DNA of 62,297 bases, counting the filler, from Platydemus manokwari (lineage: Eukaryota): the NCBI GenBank assembly GCA_037951405.1. It is 6 parts of 6 records of this genome, joined end to end, with 100 filler letters (N's around TTAATTAATTAA, not from the genome) between each part and the next. Parts side by side here need not be neighbours in the genome. Positions count along the whole stretch, not along the records: positions 10,445 to 19,853 come from JBBMOY011253652.1; positions 19,954 to 29,028 come from JBBMOY011303317.1; 4 more parts are not named here. One strand, 5' to 3'. The position numbers and the translations under genes are program-made. The notes under the pieces are model-generated. The model had not been told where the DNA came from. It saw only the letters and a program-made list of their open reading frames with translations, and did not search any database. Positions 11,127 to 25,000 of the stretch are shown one piece after another (the stretch's first letter is position 1; every line of letters begins with the position of its first letter).

Positions 11127-11829
11127 TAATAAATTTATTTGTTAATGATATTTCTTTGTGTCATTTTCTTAGTATAGCTTACAATAGTTCAGGTCATAAT
11201 TCAGGTAACATACTCTTCACACAAGTTATGAAAGGTCTCTAGGACTAATAAGAGCTAATATAAAATATCAAACCAAAACATATATTTAATACAAATAAAT
11301 CAAAGAATATTTATTGACGTTTTGATCAGGAATGAATTAAGAAATTGAAGACTATTTTGAGATTTTCATGACAAGTGAATTGAGAAATATTTTTAAACTT
11401 ACCAATATAATTGATTATTTACAATTTATAGATGCAGATAGATAATTCGATTAATTATTTACATATTTTAGATCATGATTGTTGATTTGAGTAGTTTTAG
11501 GCTTTGACTTTAAAGAGTTTAGATTCTAGAAAATATGTTTAATAATAAATACAAGGCATGATGTAATAGTTTCAAGTAGTTATTGTGTCACACTGGGTGA
11601 TTATTGAAGAGGGAAATAGAATGTTTTTTATTTTATAATTTATTCGAAACTCTTTTAAAATCACTAACTACATTGCTCTGAAAATTTTTTTAAAATCAAT
11701 CGAATTTCAAGAAAAACCAATTATTAAAATGGTCAGAATCATCCACAACAATTGTGACGATTATTAAAAATTTAATTTAAATATTAATTTTTGAAAGAAT
11801 TTAAAAATTTTAAAATATGATTTTCATTC

Positions 11830-13160
11830 AAATCCTACGGATGCAAATACCTCCACAATCTCAAAGATGGGCCTTTGATTGATGAATGGGAAATGAATAA
11901 TAAACATATATCAAGAATTTATTTTGATGACCACTTTAGATATCATGGTGTCAACTTCGAAAGAATTATGGACAAACTCACAAATTCAAATCTTCTACCG
12001 AGGCAAAGTTGAGGGTCTTTGAACTGTTTTTATACACACCAAAGTAACCTTCTTGAAAAACTATTATAACTATTGATATCATAATTCGCAAACGATTGAA
12101 CACCATACTTGTAGTTCAAATTATCTGTACGCATCAAATGCAAATGGCGGTTGTAGTCTGAGAAATATGTCAGAAGATTACAACATTCAGTCCATGATGC
12201 ATGCTTAATACGTACTGGTGTGCTGGCATGTTATCGTAAGATTGACGGTCTTTCATTCTCTATACAGATCAGTCAATATCGAAAAAGAAATCATAAGCAT
12301 ATGCGAAGCTCTGGAATGTTTAAATTCACACATTTCAGGTACCCGGTGGAGCAAAATCAGATGAGAAAAAGTTAGAGAGGTCATCAAATACGTAGTCAAC
12401 AAATTTCAAATCTCAATACACTCTGTGTTTTTCAATCATTCTGTATTGCCTCATGTCCATTAGAAGATATATTGCATTGGTACAACATACTATTAGTCGA
12501 AAAGAAAAAGATAAGAGTTACCAAACTTACTCAGATGGTGCTTCATCTAATCCTATCAAATCTGGTAGACCGAACAAATAAAAAGTGATTGTTATAATAG
12601 AGTCAATAGTACAACATGTTCATTGTGAAATAAAAATGTTTTTAATGGATATCTGACAATCACCGAATTTCAATTTTTAAACAAAGCTAGGATGGCCTGC
12701 CAAAAGTGTTTATACGAAACATAATCCAAAACTCACATTTTGACAGTGTAAACCAGCTAACTTAATTAAATTACTCAGACATGACCAAATTATGGATTTT
12801 CTCGCAACAACTGCAGAGTTTTCGTGGACCAGAATTGTCAATTCACTATTTCCAGTCTTCGAGTCGAAGCACAGATGATGAACGAAAGTACGCCAACAAT
12901 CATGCCAATAGTTGTGTAGTGTCCCATGAACAAACCCTAATTAATCGAAGAAACCGACAAGAAAAACTTGACCTGTCAATAAGAAAAAACCAAATTACAC
13001 AGTCTAACTCCACACTATAATAATCGGGGTTCTCGGAACTTGAGTGAAATCGAATGACTAGATCTTAAAGAATCTCTGATTGACACAGTAAGCAATAAAC
13101 AAAATAACAATGAATTGTATTAAGTTATATATCGACTCATCGTACCTCCAAAGACGGTTT
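11830..13160 (+). mobile_element. Degenerate 3' half of an RLE-type non-LTR retrotransposon (R2/NeSL/Utopia-like)
   Basis: DDHFRYHGVNF (YKYLG-like), LLPRQKLRVF, YLYASNANGGCSL...EDYNIQ, FLNKAR, CQKC...HIL.QC zinc knuckle (from about 12698), RHDQIMDFL, RGPEL (PD-like), IIGVLGT*VKSND*ILKNL (IVG.LG.W...ND). Confidence 0.8.
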
Positions 13161-16099
13161 CAGAGAGGTCAGAGGAACACAGAGAGCTTCCACCGAATTG
13201 CACTAACACGGAAGATTCAGTCAACATTGATAACGAATCTGAGCAACGTCTTTTCGGTACTTAATAACGGGACGAGAAAAGATGATGAAATGTGATATGG
13301 ATTCAATCGTGAGAAAGAATCTATAATCTAAGTCCTGTTTACTTGACTATCTATGAAAACAATGTTGATATATAAATATTAGCTTTCTTGCCTTGTGAAT
13401 TTAAGTAGCACTGATTGGGCATCTACTTTGTAGATAATTTTGAAGGTAACCTGAACTAACAAGTCAATATATCTTGATATATATTTCGTACTTAGAATCT
13501 AATACTTTAGAATGTAAAAATTAGACTTCATTGATTCTCTGATTTATAGCAGACTATGAATCATCTTGTTGAGTGTGTAACAAAAACAAGCAAGACACCT
13601 TCAAAAAATCTCGGAATTACTATCAAACTAGTCATGACACACGAATTCTACGAGCGCACGTGTCAATTAGATACTTTAAAAATATTAATCCGTAAATAGA
13701 ATTCGATCATCAATTGGCTCACATCAGCTACAGGCAACAAACACCAAATTAAGCTAGTGGCACGTGAGCTAGAAGATAATCTATTAGAAGAATCTATTAA
13801 TAAAATAGGCGATTATATCAAATAGAAAGTAAAGCTAACAGGTAAAAGGATTTGAATCTCATGAGCAATTATTCCTCTTTCATGGTCCGTAACTTTTGAA
13901 TTGTCATAATTCTTTTGAGCAATCATTTAATGAAGTGTTGATTTGATGTTTTTGTTTCTTGATACTTAGTGTTACTCATTTGAATTATATGCGAAGTTCA
14001 AATTGAATAACTAATACGAATTCATTTAGATTTTTTTTAAATTATTTTATAAATCAATTCCATAAATAGAAAATTTAAAATGAATAATAATGAAATATGT
14101 TGCCAAACAATTTTTAAATATTATAACTGTAATGCCGCAAGGTATGACTTTCCTGAATGTCATTAGGATTCTTTGACTTATCTTTTATCCATAAGTCTTA
14201 AGCCTATATAACTAAAATATAATCTCAATGTCTCCGGCATCACCAACAAAATTAAATAAGTTCTCCTCATTTTGGTTCCCGACGATATGAATTTTCAGCT
14301 AAATGCTGTGTATGACCTACCAGAACTATCGATTAGATCCAATAAATTCTAAAAGTGATTTTTTAAATTCCAATTTCAATGTCGACTCCAGTAATTCTTG
14401 TCATATATTTGATCACTTTATCGTGTTCTAAATCCTGATCATATACAGATAGAATTAAAAAATTAAAATAGCAATCAAAGTTTGACAATAATTTTGATAT
14501 TAATAATCTTGACTTTCATGAAACATATTAATAATTAATATTAATAGTATCTACAATGATAGCAATAATAATAATAACAATGAAACATTTGAATTTGTTT
14601 TAATTTAAATTTTTCGCATTGTTTACAAATGTAAATTTTTGATTGTGATTTATTTAATTGCCAAGTTGCTAATAAAGGAAAATAAAAATTTATACTTCTT
14701 TTCCATTGAATATACTTTTAGAAATCATGATGATTTAATTAGTTTTGCGCCTATGAATGTCGGCTTGGTGCTAATTTTCAAAAATAGTTCCTTTTATATG
14801 TTAAATATGCAAGTATGAAAATATTTGATATATTATTCAAAATGACGTCGATAATAATTGATTATTGGAATAATTTATTTATTGACATGGATTTTTATTT
14901 AGCTATGCCCTTTTAAACAGGATAAATTTGAGACTGAGTCAGATTTAATTTAATACAATTTAATTCTACATAAGCTTTTACATTCTCCATTTCTTTTGCC
15001 TTTGTACGATTGGTATTCTCTCCATTTTTTGCTATAAAGGCAGTCATTAAACCATCTAAAAAGATTTATTTAAATGTTAGTAATTTTGTTTTGAGTTCCT
15101 TTGCGCTTAATCTTGATATGGGATCTTTCTATTGTTATTTCTTCATGTAATAACATATTCGGTCTTATAAGTCTTTCAAAGTAATTTCCCTTATTTCACA
15201 TTCTCGTGTTTTTTTCCTGGTGCTTGTTTGAAACTCCTTCCGTTTTTAGTTCGTTTTGAAATTCAGCCATTATCACTCCCCTTGTGGTCTCCGAAAACTG
15301 TCAGTTTTTGAGTCATTGTGTGGATATTATTTGTAATAATTAACGGAAAATCGTAGTTTGCGTAGATGTCTTGATGTTATCCCCAGCTGATTTTGTCCAA
15401 ATTAATTTCATAGTTGTTGAATTTTTCATGCTGTTTCTTATCCATTTTGTATTTTTTTCATTTGATATTTCTTTAAAGATATCTTTCTTTTCCATGACTA
15501 GTGGATAATAATGGTATAACGAGTGTTCTTCCATAAATTTAGATAAATTAATAGGATTGCTTTAGCATCTTGATTTTCCATGACCAACACATTTATTCTT
15601 ATAGCTTTCACTTGATAGAGATTGAAATATTAGGGTTTATTAAAGATTAACATAGAAGTCTGCACGACAGGGTGGCACAAAGTCCTCACATCGTCTTTTA
15701 AATTGAATTCTTAAGATAATTGTTTCTGATATTCTGATTTGAGATTTCTTCATTATAAGTCTCTCATTCTCTTTGTAACATTACCGAGTAGCTCTGTTAT
15801 ACACATGTTGTTTTGGCTGACCAGTGCTGGAGAGATATACTCGATTTTAACAGACATGCTTTGGTCCTTATGAGCCTCTTAAGTCGCTTAGACATCTCCT
15901 TAAGTTGCAATAATCAACACATGAAACAATTATTGCTATAGTTATAGAATCAATCGTGTCTGAGTGATACAATTTCAAAAAACTTGTCACATTTCTCGGT
16001 TTTGACTTGTTTGAGTGTGAGTTCGCAGTCGCTTGAGTCGATTCTTGTTCGTAGATTTATTTAATTACATGTCATTGACGTCTACTAGTTCAAGTTACT

Positions 16100-17300
16100 A
16101 CTCTTATTGCAGCTACCTCCAGTATTCCAACCTCAATTTGTAATCTTCATAGGGTCTTAAATTATGGAATAATGGTTTTGAAAAATTAACAGTCAATATT
16201 ATATATTTTAGTCTCAAAATATAAAATTGTAACAATTTTCTCATCTGCACATTTCCGTCGAAGTTATATGGTGGTAGATGTGACGTGTATTTTTTATTTT
16301 TCTCCTTAATCAGCATCACAAACTTACTCTTAGTAGACTTGTGTCCTTTGATTATGATTATACATGTCTTTTTGAATTATGTACTCCTTTCTTTCCAAAT
16401 TTTATGTTTACTTTTAGATTTAGTTCATATAACCATCTGCAAGCAATGCTATCTATTTGAATTTTATTTCTAATTTCTCGAGTCCAGCTGTAAACTGCTT
16501 GGTTATTTATAATCATAAAGTGGGTCTTGCCAAAAAGCGATTTTCTATGTATATGGAATATTTTAGAACAGATTAATGTTTACCATCCGTATCACAATCT
16601 AATGTGAATACTTGAGAGACATTTTAGTGTAATGAGCGAGGTTTACGATGCCTATAGATCCAAATGAGCTAGTGTAGTAAGAATATTAGTTTAATCTTTC
16701 TGTTAATTCTATGTTCTTATAGTTATCATGACGTTAGAATTTGTTAAATGCATAATATCTTAAAAATTAAAATGATTGTTTGATGGTCATGCACTACTCA
16801 ATTATTTTATTCGTGGATTGCTGTACTCAATTTTGATGATAATCCACTAGCAGTTTCGTGAAGAAATAAATCTATTAGATCTCCTTAATTTTATGTTCAT
16901 TCGTCTTTTTATCACGAACTGCTTAATACTATTTAATTATATTTAATTTTTAAATCTGCCTTTGGTTACACTGATTGTAATCTTTCCTGCATTAAGGTTT
17001 TATATTCGGCAGTTTGCATATGCTGAGCTGTTGGTTATTGGTAATTTAGTTCTTTTGACATATTATTTCTTTTTAAATACATCATATAAAATAGAATTTC
17101 TCAAGCCCTTTCGTGTACTACATTTCGATAAAGAAATAGTCACAGGTTTATATATAGATCCCCAACCTCGTAGTCTTCTCCCACTTTAATATATAACATT
17201 AATTAACATAACTTTAAAATTTGCCACCAGCTCACCTGTATGCCGCTCATCATTACATTCAACGTCTGAGCTGACTGTTCCATTGACTACCTTAGACTCT
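16100..17300 (-). mobile_element. Possible highly decayed non-LTR retrotransposon remnant
   Basis: Only weak motifs in plausible order: AAY..LVA, ISLSKCST, YYTSSFGSIGIVNL, ACRW...KRH. Many stops. Confidence 0.3.
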
Positions 17301-17602
17301 TTAAATATTCTGGTGTTACCGAAAGATTTATTTCAGAATCAACCCTTATCTCTTTTGTCTGAAAAAAACCGTCATATTTATCGCATTTATTTTTTTTATC
17401 TTGATATTGCACGCATGCCAGTTAACAGTGAATCCAAATGCAAATTGACAAATCTCATCTAAATAATGAATATACAATAATGCCAAAACGGAACATTTTG
17501 ATAAATTATAATTGAGTTCTTTATCAGCTAAAAATAGAAAAAAGTCAACAATGAATGTTTGATAAAATGTTTTAATAAATTAAAAAACAAAACAAAACAA
17601 TA

Positions 17603-17850
17603 CTGTTGCTGCGTTCGGTCCTTATCGGTTATTATTAATATTAATATTGAATGAATTTAGATCTAGGATCAGCGTTGTCGTAATCGGTCTCAGTGAGTTT
17701 CTGGTTTAAGGCCTCAGGCGAAATTTTACCTTATAAGAGTTAATTTTTCATCACGCGCTTCAATGTCGTATAAGGGCAATAAGAGCGGCAACAGTGTCCT
17801 ACTATAACTTACTATCAGTCTCAATACCAGAATTCAACATTAATGCCTCT
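17603..17850 (-). repeat. LTR-like repeat family B, copy 1
   Basis: Plus-strand blocks CGTTCGGTCCTTA, TGTCGTAATCGGTCTCAGTGAG, TAAGGCCTCAGG and ACTATCAGTCT are collinear with the copy at 20272 and with the reverse complement of 55320-55550. Confidence 0.6.
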
Positions 17851-18640
17851 TAATACAAAACTTATGCATTAAAGTTTTTGACAGTCTCAGTTTAATTTAA
17901 TCGATCAAAAACCAACAATTGTTAAGCAAATTACCAATATAAAAAGTTAAAAATTGATTTTGAAATGCAATATACAATGAACATCTATGACGAAAGCCTT
18001 AGTAACTTCTTGGAACAACTGACGATTAGTAAACCCCGCACTCTTGCAGTAAAACCAATTATCTAGGCATTTGGGATAATATGAGATAAACGATGATTAA
18101 AATATAAATCAATAGTTTATACGAATTATCGCTTACTTAACCTCGTAGACTTAGTTTCAAATAATTTGGCAATCGAAGGGCATATACAAATTGATGTAAA
18201 TTTTCTTGATCACGTATATGAACGAGAATAAGGATAGTGGTTTCTTACGAGTTAATTGAATTCGACTACTGATCTTAATTATCTATTGTATGAAAATTAT
18301 TTAAATTCCTTTGACACTGATTTTTATTTTTACATTGTTATTCCTCTAATGAGAATAATCTTTTAATATTATCAGCTTAAATTAATGTCATAATTTATTT
18401 TTAATTTCATATTCCATTGAGGTTTTTATGTCATTTTTTACTATAAATGTTGCTTTTTAAGATATTTTAATTTTCCATTATAATTAAGCATTCTTTTAAT
18501 ATATTCATTTTACAAAATTATTACAAAAATGCATTAATTTGTGCGAATAATGCATGCATGTTTAATAAATTATCGCTATTCTCATAAAAACAATTTCGCT
18601 GTTCGAAAATTTGAAAACTCCAAAATTGAAGTCGTCAAAA

Positions 18641-19206
18641 TGTTGTGGTATCCATGATATATGGTCAAGAGTCTCACCCATTTCTGAAATGGTGACAGAA
18701 AATAAAATTACTGGCAATATTCTAAATCATTTCATCACAAAGAATGGTTATCAAAAAAATCAGATGAAAGACAAACATAATAGTAGTAACCCACCAAAAA
18801 GACTGGTAGATGTTCGTGAAATCCAACTCTTTTATAGGCTTCTCATGTGTGTTCACTCAATTTCTCGAAGCTTCACTTTTCACAAATCATTCTGTTAACA
18901 AACTTTCTCACATCTCTCTTTGCCGTTGGTGTATCTCGACGTTTGTGGCCTGTTGCTGTTTATCGAGTTAAAAATATGGATTTGATTGGCTATTGCCACG
19001 TTCACATATTGAATCTATGTGGGTTATTTCCATTACTTTTGAGGATATTTTACTTGTTTTTAATACCTTCCAATCACATATACTTGTCCTTGAATTATGA
19101 AAAATGTGATAGAAATTAATATGATGTTAGAGAATCAAGTACTCTGTGAAGGATAATGATGAACAAATTTTCTCTTCTACTAAACAGATTATTTCCATTT
19201 ACAACA
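18641..19206 (-). repeat. Solo-LTR-like repeat, family C copy 1
   Basis: Inverted termini TGTTGT...ACAACA. Minus strand AAGCCTATAAAAAGAGTTGGATTTCACGAACATCTACCAGTCTTTTT (18796-18841) closely matches 53661-53706. No target-site duplication found. Confidence 0.65.
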
Positions 19207-19853
19207 TATATGCAAATCCGGTTGAAATCTAAATTTCCAATTGTAAATCTCGAAATGTAAAATGTAATTTTTTATTTTAATATTTATTAAATATATGTTA
19301 TGACATGTTTTCGTTTTTATTTTTATTATCAACTTTGTTGTATTTTTATTGTTGGAATTAATCAAGTCATTCAAGCAGATAAAAATTATAATTAATCATT
19401 GATTGTTAATATTTAATGTTTTTTCGTTTATTATAATTATGCCTACCATAATTTATACCAATAATATTTATCTTTCTTGCCTATACTCTAGGAGTATTAA
19501 TAGTATATTAAACACGAAAGAAATTAAATTAATAATGCATTGGAAATGCCAGACCGTACATGATAATTCTATTAGTTGATAAAAACTGATAAACAACTCC
19601 AAATCTTACAATGATTTTAAGATCAATTATTAAAATTTTCTTTCAAAATAACTCAATATCACAATCCGTTTATGATGTTGACGCTTATAAAAATTGCTAG
19701 TGTTCTTATATAAATGTATATATAAACTTCAAGTCTAAGTATAAACATTTTAAGAGTTTTTTTGAGATTAAAAAATGCCTGCAGATTGCTGAACAAAAGT
19801 CAAACATAAATATAACTATTAAGAAATTTAGTAGTTACGCGTGAAACCAATGA

Positions 19854-19953
19854 NNNNNNNNNNNNNNNNNNNNNNNNNNNNNNNNNNNNNNNNNNNNTTA
19901 ATTAATTAANNNNNNNNNNNNNNNNNNNNNNNNNNNNNNNNNNNNNNNNNNNN
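19854..19953. other. Assembly gap / artificial contig linker
   Basis: N44-TTAATTAATTAA-N44. Confidence 0.98.
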
Positions 19954-20271
19954 GAACTCGATTAATTATTCATTCATTTTTCCAGTTGAAGCGATAAGGA
20001 TGCTTGTTTACTTTATCGAAAATATCTTTTATTTTACCAGAAATATCGATATTATCGACCGGTTTATTCAATGAAACGTATTTCAATACCAATCTCAAAT
20101 AAAGAATTGATCTAGCATTTAATTGATCACAAAACAAGAAAATTTAATAACAAATTTTTGAGGACAAATTAAAAATAATCCATGCAATTCCAAGCTCTTA
20201 TCATTTCGTGGAGATTGAGAAGCATTCTCTGACAGGATTTGAGTGTCAAGTATAAATTATTTATTTTTATG

Positions 20272-20691
20272 TGTTACGTTCGGACCTTAATGATTTTATT
20301 GTTTTATTAAACTTAATTATTTGATATCACTACTGTCTTAATCAGTCTCTATGAGCTCTTGATTAAGGCCACAGGTGTAATCTACCTAATGTTTATGTTC
20401 CTTCACCTCGCACAGCCTTATTGTGTGAAGACAATAGGTGTGGAAATTGTGATATATTTTAATTAACTCAACTATCAGCCTCAAATTACTTAAACCTATT
20501 TAAACTATTAACTATGCTAATAACAATGATAACGAATAATGATTTATGATCCCTATATGATTAAGAACTAAGACTTGCTATTACAAATTTTTATTAATAA
20601 TGACCCCAATACAAAAGCTGAATAAATTTATTTCACAGAGAAAATTCTCCCCCGATTAAATTAAATCGAGTGATTATTTTATTTTGTAACA
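20272..20691 (-). repeat. LTR-like repeat family B, copy 2 (possible solo LTR)
   Basis: Inverted termini TGTTAC (20272)...GTAACA (20691). Blocks CGTTCGGACCTTA, TGTCTTAATCAGTCTCTATGAG, TAAGGCCACAGG, ACTATCAGCCT. No target-site duplication. Confidence 0.6.
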
Positions 20692-21249
20692 GAATTTATT
20701 TGCTCGATAATAGATAGCAATTTATTTGTCTATGTTATAGCGCGATATCATATGGCGTGTTAATATTTTATATATTAATTTAATTTATTATTTAGGGAAT
20801 TTCAATGGATTTGTTTTAGGTGGGTTTTATTGATAATATTATTTAACAAGCACACACATACACATATTTATATATAACAATATTTTAAACAGGTTTTCAT
20901 TCATATATTCAAAGAGTTGTTAAAATATAAAAATTACATAGCGGTTAAATATTACTGCACATTTCATACGTATTGTCATAGTTACAAAAATTTATTTATA
21001 CAATGTTGTACATAGTTTTTTCAATGTGAATTAATTGTTGGATCAAAACCCCAATATATGACCAACTAATATTATTGTAATGCGGTTGATGAACGTTAAA
21101 CTTGCTATGAAATTAAAGCTTAATTCTTCAGGTTATTCCTTTTCTCTACATTTAACAGTAATATTTTTATAATTAAATTGATGACTCCTAAATCAAGATT
21201 GTTAAGTGGTCAAAATATAAGAAAATAGATATTTAAATAAACTACCTTT

Positions 21250-21570
21250 TGCTGAAAATTAGTACTATTTCGGCCGGCCGTAGAAGCCTTCAGGATAGAC
21301 ACGTGCAATCATGATGATGGTTTTATGATACGGATAGTGTCCTATTCTGGGCTTCATCAGTGAGTCGGATCAGAGCCGAAAGGACTAAAAGAAATCTTGA
21401 AAATAGCTATCCGTTTATATACTAATTTAGAGATCAATTCATCAAATAATCCAAAACTCAGGATTACTATATTGTGGCTAAAAATCCAGGCAGAACTCGA
21501 AGGAATTTTTAAGCTCTGACAGGCGATAAATTTTAACAAATTATTGCCTTCGGGATAAATCCCGTTTGAT
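21250..21570. mobile_element. Probable Penelope-like element remnant: two broken hammerhead-like motifs (minus) next to a possible GIY-YIG C-terminal fragment (plus)
   Basis: Minus: CTGATGAAGCCCAGAATAGGAC(no GAAA)ACT and CTGAAGGC...GCCGAAATAGTACTAATTTTC. Plus, 21450-21560: KLRITIL...RTRRNF...FNKLLPSG(I)N, resembling the F..L.P.GLN end of Penelope endonucleases. Confidence 0.4.
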
Positions 21571-22044
21571 AAGAAATTCAATTCAAATGGATTGCGGATT
21601 GAACAACGACTATGATGGATTATCGGGGCTCAATCTGATAATTAATTAAAAATAATAAATATATTATAATTATTTGCAATTATTATATAAAATTTTAATT
21701 TAATTTAAAATTCGCTATATAATAGGTATGTTAGTAATATTTTATTTTACATTATGTTTTCATGTTTTAGGGTGCCAAAGTGCGTACGCACTAAGTTACC
21801 TCTATTAAATAGACTTTGTGCTTTAAATTATTTGTTTAAATCGAATAAACATTATTGTTTAAATTTGTTTTAACTCTGTATCTCTATATTATAAACAGCT
21901 TATATAACAAAATACTATGTCAATGTTACCTTAATAAAATTATTTAGAAAATAAAACAAGACGTGTTTTAAATTATTTATTTCGTTTACATCATCATTGA
22001 TTACATCTAGCGAGTATTTATATGAATCCAGATTGTGATGGTTT

Positions 22045-25000
22045 TTAATAATTTGAATACTGGTGATAGGAATCAGTGTTCTCTCTTTTCATTTGTTGTG
22101 GTGGTATTTGATGATAATCAACTGCTGAATATGTTTGATCGAATGTGTTTGATCCGGTAGCTGGGTGAAATGACCCCAAATAATTACCATAGTAATCTGG
22201 AAATTTATAATTGGCTCGATATTCGATTCGATTGTAATTGAGAATCCATTTATCGATTATTTGATTGACATTCATAAAATATCCTTGTTGAATCATATCA
22301 CCAAATAGTATTTCTTCGATCACCGGTTGACTGAAACTAATGAGTGAAGGAATGATCAAGAGCAGATTGGAATGAAGCAGAACGTTTTCTTTTGTCATCA
22401 CGTGGATAATTGAATCCATCAATGATTTTTGTATTGCAGTTACTAAATGTGGTGACGATAATCCGTAGAGATCTACAAAACAAATACAGCAACTTATTAG
22501 AATTTCTTTAATAATAATATTTAATAATAATAATAATAACAGGCATGGCAATAGTATTGATCAGTATGACAATGTGATTAGATGCAGTTGTAACGCAATT
22601 GTTACAGGGCTTTTTAAAAGTTCATCATGTGTTGATATCAATGGAAAAACCAAACTGGATGATTCTGGATTATATTCTATTCAGAACTTATCCATCTCAT
22701 AAATATCAATCAATATTTTTTGTTTATTCTGTTAGTTATCAAGTAAGCGAATGGGTTCTTGTATTTAAATTTCACGGAACCAATCAGAATCAATCTTTAT
22801 TAGAATATTATTGGATTTTTTTAAATTAGAGTTTTGTACTTTTAGATATTTAATATTCTCAAATTCGTGTTTGGAATCATTCAATTGAAAACCATGAAAA
22901 ATGCGGAATTAAGTGAAGGGGTAAATAATACCTGGATTGTAGAGAATAATTGCCTGAAGCCAACTATAATGTTTGAGATTGGGTTTTAATGTTTCAATTT
23001 TTTTCAATTGGTTTTCGATGAATTTCAGATGTGGTACCGTGTGGAAGAAAGCATTGTTTGTGTAACTCATTCTCTCTGACATCCATGAATTGAAGGGAAG
23101 CTGCAGTTGTTTCTGTATAATTATAATGTTAATAATAATAATCATAATATTGATAATACACATGAATAACCATTAAAATACAATGTATATCTCAAACTTT
23201 CTGGATCTAAGATGGACTTCCTTGTTTAAAATTCTATCTAAGCGCAATACTTACAAAACAGATGCGATTTTAAACCCTTTTAATTGGCTTTAAAAATCTT
23301 TGCAAAGACGCTTGTCTGTTTTATGACAGATTTATTCGTTGTATTCTTAATTATCGAGAAATATGCTGAGCATTTTATCATTTCATCAATATTAGGGGAT
23401 TGGAACTCATTAAACTGCTCATTATCTATTATATTATATTTAACGTATTAAGCGAAAGATTAAATGTTTTATTATTATTGAATCGTTATTTCGATCGAAA
23501 ATCTAATTAAGATTTGTTTCGATAAAGATTTGTTTCGAAATGAGAGATTGAATCTTTCAGCGAATCCTTTTAAAATAGTATAAAATACATTAATATAAAA
23601 TACATTACCATATATTATGAAAGATTATGAATGAGACTACGATAATATTTAAGGTTTATCGTTACGTTAAAATTTGTTACAAACAATATTTTCTACTTAG
23701 ATTTTTCTTTAGTTTTTGAGTCTCGTATGAGAATCATCAGGTATTTAGTTTGTTAAAAATATTATTTTCGTTCCTATGGAATCGAATCTGTTTAAAAATA
23801 CTCAGTTCATAACATTTATAAAATATCTTAGTGTCTTATAAAGTATCGATTAATATTTAAAATCAATAAATTAATTAGAGCTGTAGAATTATAAAATTAT
23901 AAACGATAAAGAATGTTTTAAAACACATAAAAATAAACGAAAATTAACATCAAAATGACATCTTATTTAATTGTAAGTGAAATTGAAGTAAACAGCGATG
24001 GAATGCCGCTGATTGAGCATCAAAAACCAATGATGTGAATGACATATTGATTCAACCTGCTCCTAACCAAAGACTGATGATAACAAATAACACATATGTT
24101 TGCTGGACGGGTATTGGCAAATAAATGAGTTCCAACTCGAATGATGGTCGCACGTGTAGGAGACTTTGGTCAAGTTATTTACTATCGCCTTTTTCCAATG
24201 CTTTTGGTCAATATGGACTCCAAATATGATTCACATTTAACGACTCGACCAATCACAACACAGTAAAACTGTTTCATCATTATTCCATCCTTTACTTTTG
24301 TCAATACGATTCGAATCGATTGAATCAATAAATCCATCTTGCTTACATGGTTACAAATTTATTGCTTATTTCGTGTTCTCATGATTTTTACAATCGATAC
24401 TTTACGAATTGATAAAATGCCAAATAAAAAAAATTTACCTGAGATGCTATCAGTCCTAGAATGATATGCCAATTTGATTTGATTAGAATATACTGATCGT
24501 TATATGATAGAGAACATTTTCTCAAACGAAAATCTTGTCCGATTGAATCGAGAGTACACATCAAAAGGTTCCATGATAATCCGTACTGATTGATTTCTGG
24601 AACTGAATAATGATCGATTGCCACGGATCGTTGGTGATCAGTTGAGTTGAGAGCTAAACTGTTTGGCTGAGGAAGCTGCAATTTATCTGTGGTATCGATT
24701 TGTGATTCTGCTCGTGATGAGCTGCGACCCATTTGTACCGCTATGAATTTAAAGATCAATGAATAACCCATTTTCCTAAGTCATTTTTATTTGTTTTATA
24801 AATTATTCTAAAATATTTGTAAACCCCGGAATCGATTGTGGAATATACTTTTACATATTCATATTCCAGATGCTCGTAAATATAGCAATTATAAACTAAT
24901 CGTTCGATTTTCGGAGAAGATATTTGAATCGAATATTTGAATGAAGTCCGTTACGAAAATTATGATGAAGAGTTAATTATTTTTCGTACTAATAATACAC

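Noticed and set aside
18611-19119. ORFs 18611..18898 and 18847..19119, or a GPCR-like fragment on the minus strand
   Set aside because: The region aligns at DNA level with the LTR-like repeat at 53263-53989, so it is non-coding.
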